A stretch of 64,000 nt of DNA from the NCBI GenBank assembly GCA_048885865.1, contig JBHLLF010000001.1:96001-160000 (forward strand), written 5' to 3'. The translations under genes were made by a program, and so were the position numbers. The DNA is from Candidatus Hermodarchaeota archaeon. GTDB taxonomy: Archaea; Asgardarchaeota; Thorarchaeia; Thorarchaeales; Thorarchaeaceae. Below the pieces are notes generated by a model. The model was not told the origin of the DNA and made no database searches. It was given only the letters and a program-made list of their open reading frames with translations. This document shows positions 39,937 through 49,922 of this stretch, piece by piece; the stretch's first letter is position 1, and the number at the start of each line of letters is the position of its first letter.

Positions 39937-39980
39937 GGTCAGCTCACTAAAACTCTATGACTGAGTAGGGTATATGTAGA

Positions 39981-40007
39981 TGTTCCTGGCCGCTCCGGCC
40001 AGCAACA
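39981..40007 (-). terminator. GC-rich hairpin downstream of the 90-aa gene
   Basis: CTGGCCG-ctc-CGGCCAG, extended by TGTT/AACA. Confidence 0.45.
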
Positions 40008-40038
40008 ACTCCATACTTGTATTAGTTTCAAAGTTCGT

Positions 40039-40311
40039 CTAGGATCCCGTGCCCTTCATTTTGTGCACGATAAAGCATTTTTTTCGGTACGCCTCATCGT
40101 CCAAGTTGTTAATGAAGTTCTCGAGCTTTTTGACCCGTGTGAACTCCTCATGGATACCGAGGTCTCTCACAGAAATCATTGCTTTCTTCTTCTCGATTCG
40201 AACGTAGACCCCACCGAGGCCCACTGAGTGCTTCATATATACTGGATCCTCTTGGTTCTTAACTCGATAGAATCCCTGTCTTCTCAACATTCGTGTGACC
40301 ATGTTCATCAT
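40039..40311 (-). CDS. Small basic hypothetical protein, possibly HicA/dsRBD-like fold
   Basis: TATA (TTTATATT) and GGGAGG RBS upstream. LRRQGFYRV...YMKH pattern. Confidence 0.7.
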   Translation of the reverse strand: MMNMVTRMLRRQGFYRVKNQEDPVYMKHSVGLGGVYVRIEKKKAMISVRDLGIHEEFTRVKKLENFINNLDDEAYRKKCFIVHKMKGTGS

Positions 40312-40445
40312 AGCTGTCTAGCCCTCCCGGCGGCTGACAGTTTCTCAGTAAACGCACACCTTAATATAAAGCCATAAGGTGGAAATAGTACACGTTTGTT
40401 CAGCATGTGCATAATGAGATGTACAAATTCATAAAAGAAATTAAA

Positions 40446-40497
40446 ATATATGCACAAATTACCGATTTCAAATCCATATATGCACAAGAATCGATTT
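40446..40497. promoter_or_regulatory. Tandem ATATATGCACAA..CGATTT direct repeats (30-bp period)
   Basis: Exact 12-mers at 40446-40457 and 40476-40487 in a divergent intergenic region. Confidence 0.55.
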
Positions 40498-40698
40498 GTA
40501 TGCCATTATAGCTTCCAACGCGCCAAATGAAAATATTACGTGTACGAAATGTTCCGAGCTACCTTTGCTGTCAACGCGAAACGTTTACGACGTATTTGAC
40601 CACTATCCCTCCAAGAACTCCGCTATTTTTGCTATAGTCAATGAAGACAATGCTTAAAACTGAGGCAAAGAAGTCGGGCTGCGACTGTGGGAATAATC

Positions 40699-41253
40699 AT
40701 GGATCTCTGGAGTGACTTCATAGGTTTCTTCACAGGTATTCTTGAGCCTGTAGCCAGCCCTCCATTTAGTGCTGTATTCATTTTGATTGTTAGTGTATCC
40801 CTTGCACTTATCGCATCTTGGGCAACCATGCGGTTCAGCAATGTTGAGCAGACAAAGGAGAACATGAAAGAAATCTCTGAATGGAGAAAGAAGCTTGATG
40901 AAGCGCGGAAGACAATGGACCCTATGCTTCTCCAGGAAGTCCAGGATCAGCAGGCAAGAATCATGCGCCTAAATGCTGAGCTGATGAGCTCGCGATGCAA
41001 ACCCATGTGCATCTATTACATCCCGTTCATAATCATCTTTGGAATACTCAACGCATTGTACGCTAATGTCCCGGTTGCAATCCTCCCCTTCAATGCACAG
41101 AAATTGCTCCCATTTATTGACCCAATGTTGGGAACCAATATCGCTGGAGGAGGCTTCGGACTCTGGTTCTGGCCATGGTATCTCTTAGCAAGCCTTGGCC
41201 TAGGAAACCTCATTCGCAAATTCCTAGGCGTTGGCGTTGAGCTCGGAATGTAA
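40699..41253 (+). CDS. EMC3/TMCO1 (DUF106, Oxa1 superfamily) membrane insertase
   Basis: TM1, coiled-coil hairpin, KPM..IP.IIIF, VAILPF and WPWYLLAS...IRKFLG. Confidence 0.88.
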   Translation: MDLWSDFIGFFTGILEPVASPPFSAVFILIVSVSLALIASWATMRFSNVEQTKENMKEISEWRKKLDEARKTMDPMLLQEVQDQQARIMRLNAELMSSRCKPMCIYYIPFIIIFGILNALYANVPVAILPFNAQKLLPFIDPMLGTNIAGGGFGLWFWPWYLLASLGLGNLIRKFLGVGVELGM

Positions 41254-41254
41254 A

Positions 41255-42427
41255 CTACCGTGCTTCCTGTCCATCTTTGGTTTTGACAAGGAGCAATGCA
41301 ACTGTAGCAATTAGAGCCAAAACGATTGAATACTGAAAAGCGATCAGAGCTCCTATTGCATCCCAAAGGTATCCTATGATAATGCCAGCTGGCAGTGCGC
41401 ATAGACCTATGGACATTTGAAATGCTCCCAATATACTTGACCGCCTCTCTTCTTCAACGAGGTCTGAAACCAACGCAGTCTGAACTGGATCGAGTGCGCC
41501 GTTCATGAGACCAAAGAGAACGAACAATGGTATCACTGTCACCCAGTCATTCACAAAAAAGGCCCAAGCAGAGGTGAAAATGAGCAGAATGAATGCCATT
41601 ATGAGGATTGGCTTCCTGCCAAAACGGTCAGATGCACGTCCAAAGGGATATGCACTTGCTGCATAAACCCCTGTGAAGAGAATATAGAGGAGGGGCAGCT
41701 GTGATTCAAGATATCCAAAGCCTTGAGAGAAAAGCATTAGAAATGAATAGCTGAATGTTGCAAGAGCAAACAGAATTGATGCAAATAGGAATACCTTCAA
41801 GTTTCGATTCAATCCTCGGAAGCTAACTCCTTTGAAGACATCCTTTCCTTTTTTCTCCTCTATTAACACTGCGACCACTATGACACTTCCCAAACCTGGA
41901 AGAACTGCCAAAAGGATGATGCCTGTGTAACCAAGATACACAAATAATAGAGCTGTGATTATAGAACCCAGAACCGCTCCTGCTGTATCCATTGCACGCA
42001 ATATTCCAAAGGCACGCCCTCGTTTTTCTTCGTCAGCAAACCCAGCTACAATCGCGTCTCTAGGGGGTCCACGCATCTTTCCCAATCTATCAGTGGATTT
42101 GAAGAGTAGTATTTGAGCGAACCCCGTGGCCAGGAGGAAACCCAATCTAGAGATTGTGGAGAGAAAGTATCCGACAGAGATGAAAGCCTTCCTTCTACCC
42201 GTTCTATCGGAGGCATAGCCAGCACCCAGCTTCGATAATGATGTTATCGTTAAAGCTAGTCCGTCAACAATTCCAATTTGGAAGAACGAAAGACCAAGGC
42301 GAATTTGCAAGAATGTTGGCCAAATCGGTGCAATCATGTCGGAACTTGTATCACTCAGAAACGAGGCAGTTCCGAACACAAGGGTCGGATCACGCTCGCT
42401 TTTATCCTTGGCATCATCAACGGACAA
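41255..42427 (-). CDS. MFS transporter
   Basis: GYASDRTGRRK and GRASDRFGRK motifs, 12 TM. Confidence 0.92.
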   Translation of the reverse strand: MSVDDAKDKSERDPTLVFGTASFLSDTSSDMIAPIWPTFLQIRLGLSFFQIGIVDGLALTITSLSKLGAGYASDRTGRRKAFISVGYFLSTISRLGFLLATGFAQILLFKSTDRLGKMRGPPRDAIVAGFADEEKRGRAFGILRAMDTAGAVLGSIITALLFVYLGYTGIILLAVLPGLGSVIVVAVLIEEKKGKDVFKGVSFRGLNRNLKVFLFASILFALATFSYSFLMLFSQGFGYLESQLPLLYILFTGVYAASAYPFGRASDRFGRKPILIMAFILLIFTSAWAFFVNDWVTVIPLFVLFGLMNGALDPVQTALVSDLVEEERRSSILGAFQMSIGLCALPAGIIIGYLWDAIGALIAFQYSIVLALIATVALLLVKTKDGQEAR

Positions 42428-42542
42428 GTCTTGAATTCCTCACGCTCCCTATTCACTCCTAGCTTTTATTTCATTGCCAGAAGAAAGTGCAATTGATTCC
42501 TAGTACACAAGCGTTTTATTATCCAAATATATCCGTGCCGCT

Positions 42543-43745
42543 ATGAGTCCTAGTAGGTCGAAAGTCTACTTTGGATCTGTGAAACATGGGAACACGGGTC
42601 GTTTTGCCTCATTTGGGGCAAAAGTGGACAAGGTTATCGAACTTCTTGACTTCTCATCAATAGAGAAGAAAGATAAAGTCGCTATCAAGATGCATTTGGG
42701 TTTTCATGACGGATATCAGACTGTGCCCGTCTTCTTCGTACGTCGGTTGGTCAAAGCGGTAAAGAAGGCTGGTGGATACCCATTCGTGACTGACAATCCT
42801 ACTGCAGTCTACAATGCTGCAGACCGTGGATACACGGCTGAAACTTGTGGATGCCCCATCATTCCAGCTGCTGGAGTCAAGGATGGCTATACAAGGAAGG
42901 TGGAGTTCAACTTTGGAAACGTTGACACCCTAGAGATGGGTGGAGTCCTAGCGGATGCTGATGTGCTGATTGATTTCACTCATGTTAAAGGCCACAACAC
43001 TTGCGGATATGGAGGAGCAGTGAAAAACATCGCCCTGGGTGGATATCATGGCCCGAGCAGATGGCAGAAGATACATGGCGTCGAGACCAGCATTCCCTAT
43101 TGGAATCCAGAGAAATGCACCCCAGAACATGCAAAGAAACTGGTTGAGATCTGTCCCGAAGAGTGCATAGAGTACAATGAAGAGAAGCACAATCTCACGG
43201 TCGCATTTGGAATGTGTAACCAGTGCTGGAAGTGCATGGAGGCGGACAAGGATGTTGGATGCCTTGATCTGAAACAAGAGAATTACGCGATGTTTCAAGA
43301 ACTCATGGCCAGGGCTGCAAATGAAGTCTTAAAGACCTTCGATGAGAACAAAAAATTCTTCCTGAACTTTGCCATAGACATCACTGGGATGTGTGATTGC
43401 TGGGGAATCGCTCAGCCGCATGTCGTGCACGACATTGGTGTCTTAGGAAGTAGGGACATCGTCGCCATTGAACAGGCATCACTCGACTTGATTGCAGAGG
43501 AGGGTCTCATTGAAAGCATGATTCCTCCTTACTACAGGAATCTGAACCTAGATCCTGAGGCTGATCTCCATCCATTCGCTAGACTGCACGGCCCTATGAA
43601 AAATCCCTATTTGGTGACTGAATATGCTGAGGGATTAGGAATGGGCTCACGGGATTATGAGCTCATAGAGGTCCTCTCAGTAGAAGAGACCATGAAGATG
43701 AAGCCTCCATCAGGAGTTTCTGAAGCTGCTCCGTCGTTCTTCTAG
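42543..43745 (+). CDS. DUF362 Fe-S domain protein
   Basis: VAIKMHLG, HVKGH...GGAVKNIALG, ferredoxin-like Cys, CDC and DIVAIEQAS motifs. Confidence 0.88.
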   Translation: MSPSRSKVYFGSVKHGNTGRFASFGAKVDKVIELLDFSSIEKKDKVAIKMHLGFHDGYQTVPVFFVRRLVKAVKKAGGYPFVTDNPTAVYNAADRGYTAETCGCPIIPAAGVKDGYTRKVEFNFGNVDTLEMGGVLADADVLIDFTHVKGHNTCGYGGAVKNIALGGYHGPSRWQKIHGVETSIPYWNPEKCTPEHAKKLVEICPEECIEYNEEKHNLTVAFGMCNQCWKCMEADKDVGCLDLKQENYAMFQELMARAANEVLKTFDENKKFFLNFAIDITGMCDCWGIAQPHVVHDIGVLGSRDIVAIEQASLDLIAEEGLIESMIPPYYRNLNLDPEADLHPFARLHGPMKNPYLVTEYAEGLGMGSRDYELIEVLSVEETMKMKPPSGVSEAAPSFF

Positions 43746-43906
43746 TAATATAGGGGATTAAGTAGCTGCAGAGGGAACACTCAGTCAGAGCTTGCACCGA
43801 ATTTCAGACGAGTTAGCATCGCATACAACATAAGAACCTTTAATATATGCTAGTAACATAGGATATGTGACTAGCTCTTCTGAGTTATGAGAAGGTGGGA
43901 CGCCAG

Positions 43907-44347
43907 ATGACTGAGAGTCTAACGCCTGAAGACAGACTTCGTAAGTATAAGGAGTTCATCTCAGGACTTGCGCATGCAAATGACTCGAGGCGTAGGAACC
44001 AATCACATGCTCTAAAAACTTCTACTCCTGAACCAAAGAAGCCTCCAGTGAAGAAAGAACTTGTTGCCGCTCTTGCGGTGCTCAAGGATGCCCAGGAGAA
44101 GATGGAGTCTGCCCTCTCAGATGAGCAGTCAGCTCGAAAGAATGTTATGCTGAGAATCAAGGAAAAAGCCCTTGAGTCCTCTATGCTTGATATACGAGAT
44201 GAGAAACGCAGATTGCGGCGTAAACTTGAGAAAGGCGAGATCACAGAGGCAGAATACGAAGCTGAAATTCAGAAGCTGGTTCGTAGAGGAAAAAGCGTTC
44301 TCAAAGAGCAGTCCGTTGTTGCAGCTAAGAAGAATGGTTTGGCGTAG
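43907..44347 (+). CDS. Hypothetical coiled-coil protein with SHOCT-like motif
   Basis: LEKGEITEAEYEAEIQKL. Confidence 0.6.
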   Translation: MTESLTPEDRLRKYKEFISGLAHANDSRRRNQSHALKTSTPEPKKPPVKKELVAALAVLKDAQEKMESALSDEQSARKNVMLRIKEKALESSMLDIRDEKRRLRRKLEKGEITEAEYEAEIQKLVRRGKSVLKEQSVVAAKKNGLA

Positions 44348-44481
44348 AATCACCTTCATTCAGCTTGGCTTTTGCCCATTTCATTTATGATGTACTGTTT
44401 GATTTGAGTACAATACAATCATAGAAAAGTGAAAAAGGGCCACGATATTCAAGAATCCTGCTAATAGGGAGGCTGAATGCG

Positions 44482-45387
44482 CTGGCTAAGGGCAAATCTG
44501 GCAAGAGTTCCAAAGGGGCAAAGTCAGATGATGCCTATCTGCATCAGTTTTGCAAATTGAGTAAACGGGCAGCAGTGGACGAGCTATCTGAATTGATGAA
44601 AGGTTTTTGGACTGATAGGAGTGAGTATCCCCTTCATCGCTTATGCAAGATAATCGAGAAGAAATGGAAAAAGTCTGGGAATGAAGAGGAAGCTATTGAA
44701 CAGCTAATGCTTGTTCGGGACGGTGTCTTTGGAGCTCTTGACATGCTCTCCCTTTCATTGCCCCTCGAAATAGGCACAGACAAAATCATTCAGAAGCTCA
44801 TAAAGGGAAGAGACTGGGATGACGGCAGGAAACGCGTTCGAAGTGAATGCGCACAAATCATCAGTGGCATGATATCAGCAAGGGAATTTGCTCATATTCT
44901 CCCTTCAGGATTAGAACATGACGGCTTCACCTTCCTTGTACCTGAACTGAAAGAAGCCATGTTGAAAGATGTCAAGAAGGCTGAGCCAAAGGCCCGAAAA
45001 GGCAATGTAAGCTTAGCTGCGCTTTCGCGTTCGGTTCTTGGAAGGCGACTGCTGAAAGAACAGAAGATTACTGATACCAAGATTCCTGAAGGAGATCCAA
45101 GACTGACACCTCTGAAGGAAGCATATGATAGACTTTTAGTGGAGCTGGAATTAGACCATCAGGTAGCATTCCCCTTAGAAACGCATCAGGTGACTTTCAA
45201 CGGGAAAGTGGCAGAAGACGAAATGGAATATATGGCTTCGGCAGCTGGTGCTGAACCCGCTAGTGTTCAGTCTGAGCTAACTGAATACATCACAAGCTAC
45301 AAAGAGGCAAAGCGCAAGCCGAAGAAAAAGGGAAGGAAAAAGCCTAGGAAATCCTCAGGCCGCAAAAAGAAAAAAGGAGGAGCATAA
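44482..45387 (+). CDS. Hypothetical protein with PIP-like motif and Lys-rich tail (start inferred at CTG 44482)
   Basis: Frame stays open upstream of the TTG 44557 call. GGGAGG at 44467-44472. QSELTEYI precedes a K/R tail. Confidence 0.65.
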   Translation: MAKGKSGKSSKGAKSDDAYLHQFCKLSKRAAVDELSELMKGFWTDRSEYPLHRLCKIIEKKWKKSGNEEEAIEQLMLVRDGVFGALDMLSLSLPLEIGTDKIIQKLIKGRDWDDGRKRVRSECAQIISGMISAREFAHILPSGLEHDGFTFLVPELKEAMLKDVKKAEPKARKGNVSLAALSRSVLGRRLLKEQKITDTKIPEGDPRLTPLKEAYDRLLVELELDHQVAFPLETHQVTFNGKVAEDEMEYMASAAGAEPASVQSELTEYITSYKEAKRKPKKKGRKKPRKSSGRKKKKGGA

Positions 45388-45388
45388 G

Positions 45389-46882
45389 CTGTCCCCTATT
45401 TCTGCTGATTTCCTAGCCCTTGAAATCAAGAAGCTTGATGAAATGCGAAAAGCCGTATGGAATCTGGAATCAGCCCAACCCGAGCTCATGTATGAAGCAG
45501 CACAGACTCTCACTATGTATGGTGTCAATCGAACTCTTCTCCCATCTGCAATGCATCATTTGCTAGCTGATGATATCTTTGTGCGGAAGATTCTCTTCAG
45601 GGCAGCTGGCAAGAATATCTATGGTGCGTATATTCCCGAATTCTTCTCTCAATTGCCAAATCTGCCCCCAGCAGAGGTAGCTCAAGTGCTTCAAAGCATC
45701 AAGGAAGCCTTCAAGGAAAATGGACCCCCGCTAGAAAAGCTTGAGTTGAAAAGATGGATCACGGCCTTGGAGAAACTGGGTCGAGAACACCAACCCGGCA
45801 TAGTTGAGATTATGGCTACGCTTGGAAACCATGGATTCCGATGGGTGACCAAGCTAATCAGAAATAACCTAGAAGGTTTGAATATAGGTGCAATTGCCAG
45901 CATTCAGGAATTTCCTGAGAAGCACAGGTTTGCACTGGTACGACTCCTCTGTGAAGAAGCCTCACATCGAAAGCCAGACTTATTGACATACATTGCAGGA
46001 GTTACTGATTCAAAATCAGTTAGATTCCTGAAGTCTTTTCTGTCGAGTGGAAAATGGAAAGATCGGAAAGAGGTTGCTGAAGCTGTGGGTCGTGTGGGAA
46101 TTACCTCCGCATCGGGTCTTGTCAGAGACCTTCTGAATGATCCTGATTGGAGAGTCAAGCAAGCTCTAGCTGAGAATATCAACGTATCTAAATCGAAGAT
46201 TTCAAGCCTACTTAGAATAATGGAGATTCTTGTTGCAGATTCTCACACCAGGGTGAAACGTTCAGCTGGTAGAACACTACTCAGAATGGGACTAAAGCCA
46301 TGCATAGGTTCTAGTCTGGACGCCCAACGCGACAAGTTGATGAAACGATTTAGAGGTCAACTCTTGAAAGCGGCACCATTGAACAAGGAAATCGATTCAA
46401 CTTGGTTGGGTGTTGATCTATCCGGAGAGAGTCCCTTCCCATCTAGTGCCCCCGATGATGCCCCATATTCGGCCAAACCGCAACCAGTGGGACTTGGCGA
46501 CCTTGCATCAGCCTTGTCAACACGGAAGGCGGAATCTACGAGTCCTGAAGTCGAGTTAGACCTCCGAACAGCGCTGCTCAAGAAGATGTTGGAGTCTAAA
46601 GAATCGACAGATGCATCTGCAGTGATCGCAGAACCTACAACTAGCGACGCATCAAAGATAGATCAAAACCTCCCTCCACCCGCGCGATTCCTAGCACTAA
46701 TGGATGAATTATCATCGACTCTTGGCAAAGCCCTCCCAGTCATGGTGATGAAGGCAAAGGCCTCAGAAATTGAGTTATCGTCTGATGAGTTTGATGAGGT
46801 ACTTGGTCAGTTAGTGAAAGAAGGTACAGTCTATATGGTTGATGAGGATACTGTACGGCGAGCTGACATACTGACCGAGTAG
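45389..46882 (+). CDS. HEAT-repeat protein with disordered linker and C-terminal winged helix (start inferred at CTG 45389)
   Basis: LLNDPDWRVKQALA and LVADSHTRVKRSA HEAT repeats. FDEVLGQLVKEGTVY winged-helix motif. Confidence 0.75.
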   Translation: MSPISADFLALEIKKLDEMRKAVWNLESAQPELMYEAAQTLTMYGVNRTLLPSAMHHLLADDIFVRKILFRAAGKNIYGAYIPEFFSQLPNLPPAEVAQVLQSIKEAFKENGPPLEKLELKRWITALEKLGREHQPGIVEIMATLGNHGFRWVTKLIRNNLEGLNIGAIASIQEFPEKHRFALVRLLCEEASHRKPDLLTYIAGVTDSKSVRFLKSFLSSGKWKDRKEVAEAVGRVGITSASGLVRDLLNDPDWRVKQALAENINVSKSKISSLLRIMEILVADSHTRVKRSAGRTLLRMGLKPCIGSSLDAQRDKLMKRFRGQLLKAAPLNKEIDSTWLGVDLSGESPFPSSAPDDAPYSAKPQPVGLGDLASALSTRKAESTSPEVELDLRTALLKKMLESKESTDASAVIAEPTTSDASKIDQNLPPPARFLALMDELSSTLGKALPVMVMKAKASEIELSSDEFDEVLGQLVKEGTVYMVDEDTVRRADILTE

Positions 46883-46945
46883 ATGGCGCTTGGGTAACAC
46901 TAATCAGAACTTTGTAATCTTAACCAAGAAGGCGAGGAGAGAATA

Positions 46946-48268
46946 TTGTCTGAGAGCACATTGATTCAGGATGGCCTGGTCGTCACTGGGGACCGCAAAG
47001 GCACGATGTATTCGGATGGATATGTAAGAATCGAAGGCAATCAAATTGCGGAGCTGGGAAAGGGCAAGCCGAAAGGCAAAGCTGACAATGTCATAGATGC
47101 TAAGGGATGTGTTGTTATACCTGGGCTAATCACGGCTCATACGCATCTCTATGGCATTCTTTTGCGGGGTGCAAGTCTCAATATAGAGCCACCCACTGAT
47201 TTCGCTCAGATACTTCAAAGAGTATGGTGGCCTCTCGATGAAACAATGAATCTGGAGGATGCGCATGCAAGTGCCCTTTCAGCATCTGCTGATATGCTTC
47301 GAAATGGCTCAACATTCTTCGCCGATACCTATTCCGGTCCCAACTCAATTGAAGGTGTGTTAGATAGTGTTGCTGATGGATCGAATAGAGTCGGAATGCG
47401 GTCCATGCTTGCATTTGAAATGACTGAAAGAGACAGTGTAGAGATTGGTCACAGGGGACTTGAAGAGAATGTGAGATTCTCAGGGTGTGCGAAATGTGGA
47501 GGACTCGCCTCCCTGATGATGAGCATCCATGCATCATTTACAGTCACAGATGAACTCATCCAAAAAGCAGTAGAGGAGGCTCGTAGACTGGATGTACCGA
47601 TTACTATTCACACGTCTGAAGGTCTTGTTGACCTGTATCACAATTTGGAGCGCTATGGAGAGAGAACAGTTGAGCGTCTTGCCAGACTTGGCGTTCTTGG
47701 TCCTAAGACGGTTCTAGCACATTGTGTTCATGTCAATGACAGAGAGCTCGACCTCATTGCTGAACACAAGGCATCAGTTGCTCACAATCCCATGTCAAAC
47801 ATGCTGAATGCAGTTGGAACTGCTCCAGTTCCTGGAATGCTGAAACGAGGAATTCCTGTGGGGCTTGGAAATGATGGGTGGATATATGATCCTTTCGAGA
47901 ACATGAGATGTGCGCTGACTGTCCATCGTCTTGAAAACCGAGATCCTAGCATCATTGGTCCGGATGATATTTTCAGAATGGTCACCCTCGATGGTGCTCG
48001 ATGCTATGGTCTTGAGAATCAAATAGGCAGTCTAGAAGTGGGCAAGCTGGCTGACATGGCAATTCTGAATGGTACGCGAGTTCCCACGCCGTTGACTCCT
48101 GATTCAGTGATTGGACACCTCATAAACACCTTTGGGGGAAGAGATGTTGCGCATGTATTCGTAGATGGTGTTCAAGTAGTAAAGGACGGATCACTCACAC
48201 TCATATCAGATGAAGAGGTTTCGGAGGTCTCTCGAGCAGCCAGTGCGAAGCTATGGTCGAGGTTATAG
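46946..48268 (+). CDS. Metal-dependent amidohydrolase (SsnA/MTA-SAH deaminase-like)
   Basis: PGLITAHTH, HTSE, AHCVH, GLGND and GSLEVGKLAD motifs. Confidence 0.9.
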   Translation: MSESTLIQDGLVVTGDRKGTMYSDGYVRIEGNQIAELGKGKPKGKADNVIDAKGCVVIPGLITAHTHLYGILLRGASLNIEPPTDFAQILQRVWWPLDETMNLEDAHASALSASADMLRNGSTFFADTYSGPNSIEGVLDSVADGSNRVGMRSMLAFEMTERDSVEIGHRGLEENVRFSGCAKCGGLASLMMSIHASFTVTDELIQKAVEEARRLDVPITIHTSEGLVDLYHNLERYGERTVERLARLGVLGPKTVLAHCVHVNDRELDLIAEHKASVAHNPMSNMLNAVGTAPVPGMLKRGIPVGLGNDGWIYDPFENMRCALTVHRLENRDPSIIGPDDIFRMVTLDGARCYGLENQIGSLEVGKLADMAILNGTRVPTPLTPDSVIGHLINTFGGRDVAHVFVDGVQVVKDGSLTLISDEEVSEVSRAASAKLWSRL

Positions 48269-48314
48269 AAGCACCAGATGCAAACCGTTTTCAACTGGTC
48301 GTTAGTCGCCAAGA

Positions 48315-49262
48315 GTGGTGCTATCTCTGAATCGCAACTTCACCTTTAATCATGCAATCTTCGATGCACACACCCATGGAATCGACCCTGACTCACTCGA
48401 CCTTTTAGTCAGTATTCAAGGGAAATATGGAATTAAAAAAGCAGTCCTCATCTGCCACAGTCCTGCAATAATGGAATATGCCAGAAGCACATATCCGGGT
48501 CGTTTCATCTGCGCCAAATACTTCTCTGGTACAATGCGATTCACTGAGGGCCCGCACAATCTTGCTCGAGAGGTTCTTGCAGCTCCTGAAGAAGGCTATG
48601 ACCTCGTGAAAATGCAATCAGCTCCAGTAATGAGGGCCCGAGCTAAGGCAGACCCCGGTGAGCTTCGTCTTGATGGCGATGAGATGTCGCCTATGTTCGA
48701 AGCCATAATTGATGCTGGCATTCCATTCATTCTACACTTGTCCGATCCGGACACCTATTATGACAGCAGATACACTGACACTGATTATTTTGGGACTAAG
48801 GAAAGAGACCTTGAAGAGCTGGAGGGAGTGCTGTCAAGGTATCCAGCAATTAAATTCCAAATAGCTCACTTCGCAGCACAACCAGAGATTCATCGCCTGG
48901 ACAATCTTTCGCGGTGGTTCGATACATACAAGAACTTCAACATAGACACAAGTTCGGCTAGATGGATGTCCAGAGAATTGAGTAAGGATGTGGACCGGGC
49001 GAGTAACTTTCTGGCAAGACACAGCGATCGTATCCAATTTGGGACTGATTGTGTGGCATTCACGGACGATTCAAGCTATTATGATGGGCGGCATCTTGCT
49101 CTCAGACTGCTCCTGGAGAGCTCAGTTCGTGATACACCATTGCCCTTTCAGGATGCAGATACAGTGAACAGCGGCGGGACAATAATCAATGGACTAGAGC
49201 TTGCACAGGATGTCTTACAGAAGATTTACTGGAATAACGCGTGTGAATTCTATGGCATCTAG
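48315..49262 (+). CDS. Amidohydrolase_2 family protein
   Basis: DAHTH, LHLSD, IAHF, FGTD and IYWNNA motifs. Confidence 0.85.
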   Translation: MVLSLNRNFTFNHAIFDAHTHGIDPDSLDLLVSIQGKYGIKKAVLICHSPAIMEYARSTYPGRFICAKYFSGTMRFTEGPHNLAREVLAAPEEGYDLVKMQSAPVMRARAKADPGELRLDGDEMSPMFEAIIDAGIPFILHLSDPDTYYDSRYTDTDYFGTKERDLEELEGVLSRYPAIKFQIAHFAAQPEIHRLDNLSRWFDTYKNFNIDTSSARWMSRELSKDVDRASNFLARHSDRIQFGTDCVAFTDDSSYYDGRHLALRLLLESSVRDTPLPFQDADTVNSGGTIINGLELAQDVLQKIYWNNACEFYGI

Positions 49263-49337
49263 AGCATGAAGCGCCATGCCCTAGCGAGGCTATGATTTGG
49301 CGACCATATATTCCTAGGTCCGAGCTAATCTTCGACT

Positions 49338-49898
49338 CTAATATGTCACAGATCTCATGCCTGCTTCTCTTGCATTTTGAACTGTATACAGGCTCTCACG
49401 CACTGAGCCTTTGCCATTCATCCCTGGAGCTATGATAGATTCAACATGGTCCATCCCTAGATACCGGCAGATTTCCTCAAACATTCCAACTGTATGCCGA
49501 GCATAATGTGAATTTCCTCCTCCCATTGGAATTGCGAGAATGACTCGCTTACCTTGGAAGGTTGATTGGTCCACTCCATACCATCTATCCAGAAATGCCT
49601 TGAATTGGGCTGTAGGTCCCCACCAGTAAATTGGAGTTCCCAAAACCCAAACGTCACTCTTCTTCATCAACTCAAGGACATGTTTCATGTCGTCGTCTTG
49701 TACACACTTCCCTGTTGTCTGACATCCATTGCAGGCTGTACAGGGAGATATGTTGAGGTCTCTGAGGGTGGCCTTTGCAGCTTCGGCTCCAGCTTCCACT
49801 GCTCCAGCCAGGACCTCATCGACCAATGTCTCTGTATTTCCTCCTCTACGAGGGCTCCCCACAATCCCCAGAACATGTCTATAGCCTGAGGTCTCCAT
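49338..49898 (-). CDS. Iron-sulfur flavoprotein / NADPH-dependent FMN reductase family
   Basis: GSPRRGGNT, CTACNGC..C and GTPIYW motifs. Confidence 0.9.
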   Translation of the reverse strand: METSGYRHVLGIVGSPRRGGNTETLVDEVLAGAVEAGAEAAKATLRDLNISPCTACNGCQTTGKCVQDDDMKHVLELMKKSDVWVLGTPIYWWGPTAQFKAFLDRWYGVDQSTFQGKRVILAIPMGGGNSHYARHTVGMFEEICRYLGMDHVESIIAPGMNGKGSVRESLYTVQNAREAGMRSVTY

Positions 49899-49922
49899 AG
49901 ATCCTCCTCCACAATTGATGTT

